DNA from: Histomonas meleagridis 2922-C6/04-290x
Taxonomy: Eukaryota; Protista; Parabasalia
Assembly (NCBI GenBank): GCA_020184695.1
Contig: JAANOX010000011.1
Location: 186,001 to 250,000, forward strand
Length of the DNA stretch: 64,000 bases
Direction: 5' to 3'
The position numbers were made by a program, and so were the translations under genes. The stretch's first letter is position 1. Every line of letters starts with the position of its first letter. The notes below the pieces were generated by a model. It was not told where the DNA came from. It did no database searches and saw nothing but the letters and a program-made list of their open reading frames with translations. Below are positions 31,650 through 42,594 of the stretch, piece after piece.

Positions 31650-33405
31650 CTGCATCTCAAACGCATAATAAAAATAGAAATTATGTTTTCTGTTGTACTT
31701 TCCATGGAAGAAGATCCGGTTCAATTTGTTGTGATTCAAAATTGGTTTTCATGAAGATAATAATCGATAATATTATGTTCTTTTGATAAAATTGAATCAA
31801 AATTAAAACATTCACGTCCATTAGATGTGGATTGTCATTTAGCTCATAGGAACTTAATGGATTCCACTACAATTATAAAAATACGCGATCAACAATTAAT
31901 TGGTTCCACCAGGAATTATATGTTCAAATTTAAATGTCACAATAAATTCAAATATTTTTTACAATATTCGAAGAGATGTTATTCACGAACAAAAAACCGA
32001 AAATTTAGACTCATTAATTAATAAATCACAAACGTTTAAAGAATTTAAATATATTTTGCATAAGGATAATGATGGTAATTTTTATTCATTAACAGCTATT
32101 CATTTAAAAGTATCATCATCTTCATATTGGAATGATATTGTAAATGTTGATGATACATCTGGGCTTAATATTTACGATCTTCCATTGATCGTAATGGTTA
32201 CTATTGATCCAGATAACAAAACCCAAATCCTATCGTATGGGTTCATTAAAGTAAAAACTCAAGAAGGTCTCACTCTCTTTTTTAGAGATTGTTGCGATTT
32301 CACCAAGAAACCAATTCGAGTAATTACCATGGACAGATGCATAGCACAATTCAATTCTGTAAAAGTAATCTATCCATAATCTATCATTGGATTTTGTTTG
32401 GTCCACATCCAACGAAACCTTGAAACTCTTCATGATATGGAAATCATGCAAATGTTTTTCAAAATGAGATTGAATATGGATTATTGTGGAGTTTTTATAA
32501 ATTTGCTTTAGAATAAATGTAAAAAAAATAGATCAAATGGAAGAGATCTATTATCAAATTTAATTAAGCTTAGAGAGCACTGGCTTCCATTAGATTTGGC
32601 TCTTCAAAAAGTATCTGAAAAATGTATAAATACATCACGTGTAGAAAATATTTTTTCTCGCTATAAAACGAATTATTAATTTTCACAGATGACTTTCATC
32701 TAATCAATAGAGAGCTTAAATAATCTCGCACACGTTTTAATTGTCCAATCGATAAGTCACTCATTAAACAATCATTTTGCACATATCCCGCTTATAAAGA
32801 AAGAAGACAAAAATATGATTGGAGACATATCTGCAAATACACTGACTGATGAGTATTTAAAGGCACAAATTGATATTTATGAACCCACAGTTTGTTGTTG
32901 GTGTATTCTCCGCAATAGAGCACCGGAATTTTCAATTCCTTGTCATCATATTTTGATGACAATTAATGAAATTGAATTAAAGCATATTCTCAATAGGTAT
33001 CTCAGAGACATCCCTTCTGCTGAACAAACCAAAGTCGATATTATTGAGGATATGAAGAACAATGAGAAATAAGATTATACTTCAATAATGGCAAAAATAT
33101 CGCCTTTGGCTTCTCTTGCTCATCAAAATCAAAAGGTTTCACAACTTTTTGATGATTTTTTTGAAAAAGCAGAAATCATCAAAAAACAGGTGAACATTGG
33201 AATGCCATCTGCACTTGCAAGGAAAGGGCAATTTCCAAAACATCTCTCTAAAAATGTGGTTCTTGGAGGAAAGCCAAAAACCACAAAATCATATCAATGT
33301 AGCATCTGTCATTGTTTTGGGCATTTTATGCAAACATGTCCAAAAAAAATGAGTAATAACAACAAAAAAAAATATTTTAAAACGAATTTTCTGGAAGTTC
33401 AATAA
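31650..33405 (+). pseudogene. MULE transposase with five in-frame stops and 5' frameshift(s)
   Basis: ORFs 31900..32379, 32815..33072 and 33088..33405 share one frame. The sequence between them reads as transposase with TAA/TAG interruptions. Confidence 0.85.
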
Positions 33406-33455
33406 TGATAATATGATAATCTAAATGATGGAGATGAAATTATGATAATTGAGGG

Positions 33456-33529
33456 AATAAGAATGTATAAGTGATGATGGAATGAATGAAGAAATAAGAA
33501 TGTATAAGTGATGATGAAATGAAGGAAGA
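33456..33529. repeat. 37-bp direct duplication inside the MULE 3' region
   Basis: AATAAGAATGTATAAGTGATGATG at 33456 and 33493. Confidence 0.8.
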
Positions 33530-33843
33530 GAGATGTTGTTTTATTGAGATATTGTTTGGCGGGTTTTTCAGGAAATTTTAGACAGACTCTTCGGAAAATA
33601 TTTCTTCACTTTTTGAGAGGGCGGTTCATGGCGAAAACGATTAGCGAAAAAATTTCAAATGTAAAAATATTTCAAAAATCATTTGATTATTCGTAATAAT
33701 TATTGCGATATTTCGGTTTATTTGTTATAAGATCCAAAAGTAATTTATTATAATTCAAAAACAATTTTAAAATAACAAATATCACAAAGAAAGAGTAAAT
33801 CCAATAATTTATGAAAAATTACATATTTATCTTTATTCAAATA

Positions 33844-36800
33844 TTACCTGATCAAATGTTGCAATATTTCACCAGACAAAAATTCGTCAGTTAATTTTTC
33901 CAGTCTTTCATCCGACAAGAACAGTTCGAATCCATTTTCGAATCCGATTCCTTCGTTACCCAAAAAGTCCACATAAAGAGAAGGCAAATTGCATGCGATT
34001 AATTTCATATCATTAGTCTTCACCAACAACTGAATCTCTGAGTGCTTCACGTTTAAAGCCATTAATACATATATCTGTTCATGTAATAAAGACAACGACA
34101 GAAGTAATTGGTTTCGATTTACTATGATACCATTTTCTAAATTGATGAAATAAATTTCGTCGTTTGCTGATATTTGTCTCGAAAAGTTATACGGCTCTTT
34201 CGCGAAATGCAAATAATTCTTTGGTAACTTCATTAACTTAAATGGTTCGAATTCATATTCATTTCCATCGAAATCGAAGTTGTAATAATTACAAAGGTTT
34301 TCATTTGTTAAAATTAATTTCCAATCATTGAATGTTTCATTGTTATAATTCTTTCCTAATACGAAATATTCGAAAATTTTCACTTGACGTAAAAACAAAT
34401 TTAATTCTTTGCCTTTAAGTTTTGTTGCGATTTCATTAACAATTTCATTAAATTTATTTTCGTCTTTAATTACATTAAATACAAAATGATAAATATTCGA
34501 CTTTTCATTATCAACAAATTCGTTTTGGTTATTTAAGTAAATTGTTTTTAAGTTTAAATATAAATTTCGTGCTAATAAATAATATTTTCGATTATTTAAT
34601 ACAAAAGGATTCGCACGTAATCGTAACTCATAAATAATTATCAAACTACTTAACGATGCAATTATGTATTCGCATTTAATGAATTGTGAAATATTTTCTT
34701 TAAATGAATTTGTTATTTCAGTAATTATTGGATTACTTAAATCATTTCGATCATCAAGTTTAGGCAAAAACATATTACGAATGTATCTATCAATTGGACA
34801 TTGATTGTTTTCACATAAACATTCTTTATGTGCTAAATGTGTACATATAGTGAAACATGGAGAACACGCAATAGTGTTATTAAGATAAACATCGTTATCA
34901 AATGGAACACGTGAATTATATACATAAATTGGATAACATAATATTTCATCTTCTTGATTGATGGATCGACAAATGCAACAAGTTTCTTTATCAGTTTCAT
35001 TTGTTGTTAAATCATTAGTTTCATCAAATTCATTTTCATTATCTTTTTCAAATGTTTGTAATTTGGAATTAAAGTTTTGCATAATTTTCGCTTTAAGATT
35101 TAACATTTTATTATTATTTTCAGTTTTGTTTGTGTTATTGTTTGTTTTGGATTGTGAATTAGTTATGTTCATTTTGGAAAGCGCAATTTGTCCAATAGTT
35201 CCAAGTTCATTAATTAAATCGATGAATGACTTTGGTTGATAAGATTTAAATTCGAATTTTTGGTATAAAATATTTTCGAAATTGTTGTTATTTTTAATAT
35301 AATTAATTAATTCTTCAATTGAATCAATTTTTATAATTTCATTATTTATAGCTGAATTATTTTTTTGTGTATTTTGTGATGCATTAATAAGTAAATTTAA
35401 TATTAATTGATTTGTTTCTTGTGAGTTTTTACTTAAAAGTATATAATATTCAATCGCTAAAAGTGTTGGCGAAGTTAACAATGATATTAAATCTAATCCA
35501 AATGGTTCTTTAATGAATTCTTTAAATGGCATTAATTCATTTGGATATTTTTTGATATATTTCGAATATTTCGATAACGTTTTATTAATTTGATAAAATG
35601 GCGCTAATGGATCCCATAAAGATTTCGATTTTAATTCAAACAAAACCCCATTTAATGAATTTGTTGAATTTGACACTCGATTTAAACTTGATTTAATTGT
35701 ATTTGGATTATTAATACTGAATGTCTTAAATACTTTATTTAATGATTTAAATAATTTTGGTTTCAATAATATTTTTGTTATTAATCTTTGATTAGTTTCT
35801 TCTTCGAAATTTTTAGTAATATGAATTCGATCGAATATTAACGTTGAAATAAAATGAATGAAATCGAAATATATCAAATTATTAGTTTCATTCACTTTTT
35901 CATCAAATATACCAAAATTATGAGCAATTAAATTAATTAATTTTTCTTTATCATTCATAAAACCTAAACAAATTTGCATAAGTGAAAATAATTCTGAATA
36001 TAATTCAGGTAACATCATATATAATAAAAACAATTTATAACCAAAACAAGTCCTTAAATATTGATTAAACAATAAATAAATTGAAATTAAAACTCGTTGT
36101 GTATTTAATGAAGTTAATAATAAGAAATTATCCAAATTTTCAATAGAATTTGTTAAAATTGTTTTCATATTATCTTTTTTAGATAATAATAATGAATTTA
36201 ATAAGAAATAAGGTATCAAAAATAATGAAATTGAACATCCATCGAATAATGATTGATCATAAAATGGTTTTTGTATCATTTTGTCGATGTTTTGTTCAAC
36301 GTAAATTTTATTTAAATATTTCTCAATTTTATTAATAACATTTTCTATGTTTAAATTTCCACATTTCTTAAATGCATCACAAACCACTTCTACATTTAAA
36401 TTATATAAAACATAAGGGAAAAAGTCATTTTCATTTGATTCTTCATTAATATTTGTATAAAGAATTACTTCTTCATCTAAAAATATATCAATAAAATTAT
36501 CCAAAAATTTTTGTTTGCCATTTATCTCATCCGATTCTAAAGTTTGTTTTAAATATTTATAAATAGAATCTGTTGTTGGGCCTACCGTTTGTCGACATAA
36601 ATCTGGCTGAAGTGCAAATGATAATTGTAATTTTTGAAAAGTTGAATAAAGATCTAAATAAAATTGGCACCAATCAAAATTGTAGAGTTCAATCAATTTA
36701 ACAATAACTTTTCGAGATAAAAAATGAAAAGACGACCAAAGTAACAAATCTATTTTTTGATATTGTTCATTATGAATGATCATTTCATATTTGGCTTTAA

Positions 36801-37500
36801 TCAATTTGACAAAATTCATTAAATATACATAACCATATGTAATTTTAAAAACAGAATCATTAGTACAACGACCGAAAAGATCAGCAAGAGCTTGTATTGA
36901 ATCATAGTCGGCAATAATACATGAATTGATTAAGTCAGAATAAATGTTATCGCGCGAAAGTGACGTAACTATCATCCTACGAATATTGTCCCCAATAGAA
37001 CATAACTGAAAAAGCCATTTAAGAAGTAAAACACTATCTGATGTATTGGTTTGAAGAAGATTTGGAAGCTGGGATATGGATAAATCAAAAATTTGTTGGA
37101 GAATTGGTGATATGGAAACTTCTAGATCTGATAATTGAGTTTCATTATGCAAATGAATACTACAAGTACCAGATGGATCCCAAAGTTCCGAATCGCCACA
37201 GTCACAATTACCGATAAAGGTGGTAAAAACACGAATTGTATGCCCTTCATGATTTCCATTTAAATAACATTGAAGACAAACGCAACTATTTTCTTCAATA
37301 CCACAATTAAGACAACCAATGGAAATTTGGTTTGTTTGCCATGAGTTTTGACACTTATAGACATGTGTAGAATCTTTTAGATTTTGAACTAGATCTTTAA
37401 AACTAGAAAATTTTGATTGTTGACAAAGAAGGGACTCAAATTCTTGAATCGTGTCTTTCATAGGTACCCCTTGCATATTAATTTTTATTTTGTCAGCCAT
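33844..37500 (-). CDS. UBR-box (N-recognin) zinc-finger protein with a RING-like domain, putative E3 ligase
   Basis: GCLNCG...CVCLQCYLNGNHEGH...GNCDCGD (UBR box); CCICR...CTHLAHKECL...CPIDR. Confidence 0.85.
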   Translation of the reverse strand: MADKIKINMQGVPMKDTIQEFESLLCQQSKFSSFKDLVQNLKDSTHVYKCQNSWQTNQISIGCLNCGIEENSCVCLQCYLNGNHEGHTIRVFTTFIGNCDCGDSELWDPSGTCSIHLHNETQLSDLEVSISPILQQIFDLSISQLPNLLQTNTSDSVLLLKWLFQLCSIGDNIRRMIVTSLSRDNIYSDLINSCIIADYDSIQALADLFGRCTNDSVFKITYGYVYLMNFVKLIKAKYEMIIHNEQYQKIDLLLWSSFHFLSRKVIVKLIELYNFDWCQFYLDLYSTFQKLQLSFALQPDLCRQTVGPTTDSIYKYLKQTLESDEINGKQKFLDNFIDIFLDEEVILYTNINEESNENDFFPYVLYNLNVEVVCDAFKKCGNLNIENVINKIEKYLNKIYVEQNIDKMIQKPFYDQSLFDGCSISLFLIPYFLLNSLLLSKKDNMKTILTNSIENLDNFLLLTSLNTQRVLISIYLLFNQYLRTCFGYKLFLLYMMLPELYSELFSLMQICLGFMNDKEKLINLIAHNFGIFDEKVNETNNLIYFDFIHFISTLIFDRIHITKNFEEETNQRLITKILLKPKLFKSLNKVFKTFSINNPNTIKSSLNRVSNSTNSLNGVLFELKSKSLWDPLAPFYQINKTLSKYSKYIKKYPNELMPFKEFIKEPFGLDLISLLTSPTLLAIEYYILLSKNSQETNQLILNLLINASQNTQKNNSAINNEIIKIDSIEELINYIKNNNNFENILYQKFEFKSYQPKSFIDLINELGTIGQIALSKMNITNSQSKTNNNTNKTENNNKMLNLKAKIMQNFNSKLQTFEKDNENEFDETNDLTTNETDKETCCICRSINQEDEILCYPIYVYNSRVPFDNDVYLNNTIACSPCFTICTHLAHKECLCENNQCPIDRYIRNMFLPKLDDRNDLSNPIITEITNSFKENISQFIKCEYIIASLSSLIIIYELRLRANPFVLNNRKYYLLARNLYLNLKTIYLNNQNEFVDNEKSNIYHFVFNVIKDENKFNEIVNEIATKLKGKELNLFLRQVKIFEYFVLGKNYNNETFNDWKLILTNENLCNYYNFDFDGNEYEFEPFKLMKLPKNYLHFAKEPYNFSRQISANDEIYFINLENGIIVNRNQLLLSLSLLHEQIYVLMALNVKHSEIQLLVKTNDMKLIACNLPSLYVDFLGNEGIGFENGFELFLSDERLEKLTDEFLSGEILQHLIR

Positions 37501-38433
37501 GATTTAAATGACAAAATTTGCCAAATTTTAAGAGATTTTACAATTTCAATTGAAAACATCGGTTTGTGAGTTCACATCTGAACAATCAACAGATACAGCG
37601 CTGTCAACCAAATAAACGGTCGTTTCAAATCAGAAAATCAATTTTTTTCATTTTCCACTGAACTAAATTTAAAGAAATATAAATAAATAAGTATACATAT
37701 TCTATTCAATACAATTATCCTAACCAAATTTTGTTATCTTTCTATTTTTATGAGCAATCTCCAAAATTTCAAATTGCTTTTTTGGGCTTTATAATTTAAT
37801 ATAGAAGTTCAAATTCGATAAATATATAGAACTAATAATTATTAATATTAATTTATATAATTTTTTTTTTTTTTTAGTTTTCATTATGTTTTTAAGTTAT
37901 ACAAGATTTTCAATATCTATAGACCAGGGCAAAAATTCAAAAATTTGCAACTTTTTATAATTTATTTGTTCTAAAAATATGATAATTTCAGAAACAATAA
38001 AAATATTTTAAACATTTTTACAACAATACTATAGTATATTCCTAATAAAAACAAGTAAATTTTTTCGTTTATTTTGACTTAATTGGAAATGACACGATTA
38101 ATTTTGCAACATTATCCATTTTAATGAAATTTTCATTATAAAATCTTTCATTTTCAATGAATTAAAATAAAGAAAATAATTTTATATTCCCTTATGTATA
38201 ATTGATTTATTAAATACCTACATGTTCAAAAATGTCCTGGAAATTATATTAATAATAAGTAGAAATAAAATATGATTTTTTCTATATCAATGTTGAAATA
38301 ATCACATAAATATTGCAATTAATTTTAAATTCATATTTTTTAAAGCCATTGCTGTTCAAAATAAATCATGAGGAGAGGATCATAAAATTAAGTTTAATTT
38401 GATATATATTTTAAAAAAAATAACAAAAAGTAG

Positions 38434-38505
38434 TTCTCCCGGGAGGAATCGAACCTCCGTCCCGGGATTCAAAGTCCCATGTGCTAACCATTACACTACG
38501 GGAGA
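38434..38505 (-). tRNA. tRNA-Gln (anticodon TTG)
   Basis: 72-nt cloverleaf: acceptor TCTCCCG/CGGGAGA, anticodon loop CT-TTG-AA, T-arm GGAGG-TTCGATT-CCTCC, and a downstream T-run. Confidence 0.95.
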
Positions 38506-38589
38506 GAACTGAATATTTTCTTATAAATAAAATTATTATATTAAATAAATATTAATTCGTATTTTTAAGTTTTGACTTGTATTCAAAAA

Positions 38590-40167
38590 ATGGAGGAAAG
38601 CAAGAAATTTGATTTAAATTGCAAATTAGATTTCGAAGATACACAACCTGCTGATGGAATAATGTCTATCACTTTCACAAGTAGTATACAGTTCAGGTGG
38701 ATACCAAATGTTTTTGAGGAATTTGATATTCATCGTTGCAATATTGAAAATAGCCAAATATGCTTTTTATTAAATCAAATCACTTATGTGCAATTCATTA
38801 GTGATGCAAAGTGCGATTGTATAGTTCGTTTTGCAGCATATAATGTAACAACATTTTCAAGATTTTTATTTTTCAATGATGATGCCGATAAAATAAAGAA
38901 ACTTATTGCTGATCTTACAGAAAAACACGTTCTTGAGCGAAATACACGATTTCAAATGCAAACTATATATACTGTTACAAATTTTGTGTATAAGTCATAT
39001 GGTTTACCATCAAACGCTCTTTCTATTTCTCACGTTCAATCAATTCATGCACATAGAAAGGTTCGTTCAAGTATTCAAAAAGAATTAAAATATGGAAGGA
39101 ACAACCCTTTAACAATGGATCAACTTCAGCCTAACTTCACCAGTGATGGGCGACTTTTAAATTTTGCTGCTATTAAATCACAAATTTTTGAAAATGGCAT
39201 TGAAAATGATGAAGTCAGATGTATAATCTGGCCATACTTATACAAGTTCTATACGCCAGATATGTCAACAGAAGAAAAGGAAGCATTTTTAAAAGCCAAT
39301 TATTCAAAATATTCTATCTTTCGAAAACAATGGAACCTACAAACAGGCCAACAAACAGCCGTTGCCAATTATGCATGTTCCACTATTGTAAATGATGCTT
39401 GTAGAACTGAAAGGACACATCCCATGTTTAAACATGAGAATTCTGAAGCAAGCAAAAGCTTCATTCGTATGTTCCAAGCTTATATACTATATAATCCAAA
39501 CATTGGCTATACGCAAGGTATGGGAGATTATATTTCTACGTTGATGATTTTATACATCAAAGAATTCAATGGCGATATGGCGGTTTTTTACGATGGAAGG
39601 ACGATACCCATTGAAAAAGCCGAATCGTTTATATTTTGGAACTTTGTATATTTACTTCGCTCTAATCAACTTGATATCCAGTTTAAGAACATGCAATCGA
39701 GCCAACGCTTTAATGCTGGCCGATCGTTTGAAATAGCTGCTTCTATTCATCCGGTTATGCAACATTGGATATCAAGTCGAAAACTTGACGGATTATTTTT
39801 CATATACAAATCAATTTTGCTTACATTTAAGCGTGATTATCCTATTGAGTTTGTGAAAAGGATTTGGGATTCTGTTTTTTCGTGTGATAAAGCCGTTTTC
39901 CCGCGCTTCTTTACTGCTGCCGTTTTGTTTGAGATATTTCCGTCCATTGCAATTGTCGAATTTGGCGATCTCGGAGATGTTATCTCATCATATGAAAACT
40001 GTTTGAAAAATATTGATCAGAACGAACTTATAGAAATAGCTATGTTTCTGTATGAGAAGGGAACCAACGATGTGAACAACGAGAAGTATTGGTGCATGAA
40101 GCTAAACACAAAACATTCGGTGGAAAACTTTAAGCCGCGTTACTTCGAATTAATAAATGTTGTGTAA
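38590..40167 (+). CDS. TBC-domain Rab GTPase-activating protein
   Basis: VRCIIWPYL, IVNDACRT (IxxDxxR), YTQGMGD (YxQ) and RIWDSVF. Likely ATG at 38590. Confidence 0.85.
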   Translation: MEESKKFDLNCKLDFEDTQPADGIMSITFTSSIQFRWIPNVFEEFDIHRCNIENSQICFLLNQITYVQFISDAKCDCIVRFAAYNVTTFSRFLFFNDDADKIKKLIADLTEKHVLERNTRFQMQTIYTVTNFVYKSYGLPSNALSISHVQSIHAHRKVRSSIQKELKYGRNNPLTMDQLQPNFTSDGRLLNFAAIKSQIFENGIENDEVRCIIWPYLYKFYTPDMSTEEKEAFLKANYSKYSIFRKQWNLQTGQQTAVANYACSTIVNDACRTERTHPMFKHENSEASKSFIRMFQAYILYNPNIGYTQGMGDYISTLMILYIKEFNGDMAVFYDGRTIPIEKAESFIFWNFVYLLRSNQLDIQFKNMQSSQRFNAGRSFEIAASIHPVMQHWISSRKLDGLFFIYKSILLTFKRDYPIEFVKRIWDSVFSCDKAVFPRFFTAAVLFEIFPSIAIVEFGDLGDVISSYENCLKNIDQNELIEIAMFLYEKGTNDVNNEKYWCMKLNTKHSVENFKPRYFELINVV

Positions 40168-40499
40168 ATGTTGATTTGAAGCTTCAAAAGAATGTGTTTG
40201 AACTTAAGAAATTTATCCATAAAACCATTAATTGGGTAGTAATAAAATGAAAATAATTCGATGTTCAATAAATAGATTGAGGGAAATTTTATGTATATTT
40301 TGTTAAAATTAAACATTCACATTAAAGTGAATTTTACAGTACATAAAAAAAAATCAATTTTATAATAGTTTTCATTACTTCTTTATTGCTTCTGAATGAG
40401 TCTCATTACAATATTCATTATTCGTCTTATACTATTAATTATTAATAACCATCGATGGTTAAAACACAAGTGAATCATCAAGTGAGTTTTAAATTAATT

Positions 40500-40625
40500 A
40501 TGTCTGATGATGATAGTGATAATGAAAGTGAATCAGAAAATGAATTCGATGAAGAAGGTGAAAAGAACTTCTTAAGAGAATTAAATGAGTACAAACAAAA
40601 TCTTCGAGAAAACCGCTTTTCATAG
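40500..40625 (+). other. 41-codon acidic micro-ORF just upstream of the HMG-box gene
   Basis: MSDDDSDNESESENEFDEEGEKNFLRELNEYKQNLRENRFS*. Confidence 0.4.
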
Positions 40626-40664
40626 AAAATTTGAAGGGAGGACGTTTATTCATAAAAGCGCGCC

Positions 40665-41222
40665 ATGGAAGAACTTAATGAACTTCAACTCCAGACAATT
40701 CCACACTTCGAGGAAACACCTGAATGTTCTCCACAAGGTATAGCCACACAGGAAAACAATAAACTGAAACGTCCGCCAAATGCATTTCTTTTATACTGTA
40801 TCGAAAACAGAGCAAAAATACGAGAACAAAATCCAGAAGTTCCGAATACAGAAGCATCTAAAATCCTTGCAAATCAATGGAAATTAATGAATGAAGAAAG
40901 CAGACTTCCATATAAAACTAAAGCAAAAGAAGAACAACAAAAATTTAAAGTTTCGAATCCAGAATATAGTTACGAAAGAGCAAAGAAAAAGCGTGCATTA
41001 AGAAAATCAAATAATTTGCCAATAGTCAAGCAGCACATTGATCTTCCAGATTTGAAAACATTGGTGAACCTTTCGCTTGATGAACTGAGGTCTTACTTAA
41101 ATCTTTTGCAAGAACAATTCTATAGTTCTTTTCAAGGAATTCAACAAATTTTACAAGATCCAGAAATATTCCATCATCCAATCGAAAACAATTTCCCAAG
41201 CGAAGTGTTTCAACAAAGCTAA
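40665..41222 (+). CDS. HMG-box protein (SOX/MATA-like)
   Basis: KRPPNAFLLYC...SKILANQWK...YKTKAKEEQQKFK..NPEYSY. Confidence 0.9.
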   Translation: MEELNELQLQTIPHFEETPECSPQGIATQENNKLKRPPNAFLLYCIENRAKIREQNPEVPNTEASKILANQWKLMNEESRLPYKTKAKEEQQKFKVSNPEYSYERAKKKRALRKSNNLPIVKQHIDLPDLKTLVNLSLDELRSYLNLLQEQFYSSFQGIQQILQDPEIFHHPIENNFPSEVFQQS

Positions 41223-41756
41223 TAAAAATTGTGAACATTTTTCTTAAATTGTCCTGATAATTCCAAACATTCAACATTAATCCTGAAATCTCTGTGTAAA
41301 TTAGTCTTTTATATAGTTTTTTGTGAGCGTTGTAATCAATTAGTAAATATTTAATGCACAATAAATTAAATGAATATCAATTTTGGTCAAAATATAGTCA
41401 GTTTCATATTTAAATCTTATTAATATTATGTTGTATTATCATATTTTGAGTATTATCAAAGACTGAATTATTTGTAATTTGATGATGTGAAATTATGTCA
41501 TTTCTTGGTCATCTAAATGCAAAAAGCATCAATATTTAGTCGATGTTATGTAATTATTTGATATAATATTATATCAAGATGCTTTGTGTAGATAAGGTTT
41601 TATTTTAGCGTTCCTTTACCATTACGACGTTAATTCAAATGTCCGACTTTTTCAGCGTTAAGATCGCCGTTATGGCACACAATTTGAATTGGGTAAACAA
41701 CTTTTTTGAAAGTAACTTTAAAAACCGTAGACAACAAATCGAAATACAGACTGATA

Positions 41757-42293
41757 ATGGAAACATATACTCTTCATCTGCATTATGGAAATGGTGATCC
41801 AATAACTGTGGTGGTTAATTCACATTCTACAATCACTGAACTTGCTCCATATCTACCAACTGGAAATCATCTATTTTATTATAAAAATATTCAGCTTATT
41901 CCATCATTCACTTTCAAATGGTTTGGTGTTGAAGATAATTCACATATTTATGTCCGAGATCAACCAGAAGCTAAAAAGAAAAGAGCATCGAAATCAAATA
42001 CGAAGAAGAAATTGAAAAAATCATCATTAACACAAGCACTATGTACTGAAAATGCAAGGATGAAAGATCAATTCTTTAGCAAAGTCGAAGGAACTGTTTT
42101 TTGTTATCGAAATATCATCAAAAGATTTGTTAATACATCTGTTTCTGAATTGCCAACAGCACCACCAAGCTGGACAACAATAGCTCCACCTCCTAGAAGT
42201 CCTGCTACTGAGCAACTACCAAGATTCTGGTCAGATCACTCAAGTGATGAAGATTCGAATGCTTCTATCATATCATCACCTTACACTGATTAA
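41757..42293 (+). CDS. Small protein with a ubiquitin-like N-terminal domain
   Basis: Ub-like pattern ending LIPSFTFKWFGVEDNSHIYV, followed by basic and Pro-rich regions. Likely ATG at 41757. Confidence 0.55.
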   Translation: METYTLHLHYGNGDPITVVVNSHSTITELAPYLPTGNHLFYYKNIQLIPSFTFKWFGVEDNSHIYVRDQPEAKKKRASKSNTKKKLKKSSLTQALCTENARMKDQFFSKVEGTVFCYRNIIKRFVNTSVSELPTAPPSWTTIAPPPRSPATEQLPRFWSDHSSDEDSNASIISSPYTD

Positions 42294-42594
42294 TTGTTCT
42301 CAATAATATATAAATATAAATATTATCTAATAATATAATATTTTTACGATTATCATTTTATATTAATCTAATGAATATTTTACTCTAGAAATGACAATAC
42401 GAAGTTTATAATTACAAAATCTGTTCGATTTTATAAATAAAAAAAATTATTATTTGAACAGTTTCAACAGTTATTTGATTTCTTTACAACATACAAAACT
42501 CGATTTGTAAAACACACAAAAAGCAATTACCCACAAAACCGCTAGCTTCCTTTTCAAAAATTCAATTCAATTTATTTATGATAACCGTTTGTTT

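Larger units (their letters stand above)
31416..33656 (+). mobile_element. Mutator-like (MULE) DNA transposon, non-functional copy
   Basis: TIR cores at 31452-31504 and 33590-33643. Internal MULE transposase motifs (VNVDDT, ITMDRC, CLVHIQRNL, SRVENIFS), a SWIM-like CWC...CHH and a CCHC knuckle CSICHCFGHFMQTC. Candidate 9-bp TSD AAATGTAAA at 31407-31415 and 33657-33665. Confidence 0.85.

Noticed and set aside
31900-33405. Stop-codon reassignment (TAA/TAG as sense) suggested by in-frame stops
   Set aside because: H3, beta-tubulin and other conserved genes end at TAA, TAG or TGA as expected, long genes have no internal stops, and the tRNA-Gln has a normal TTG anticodon.
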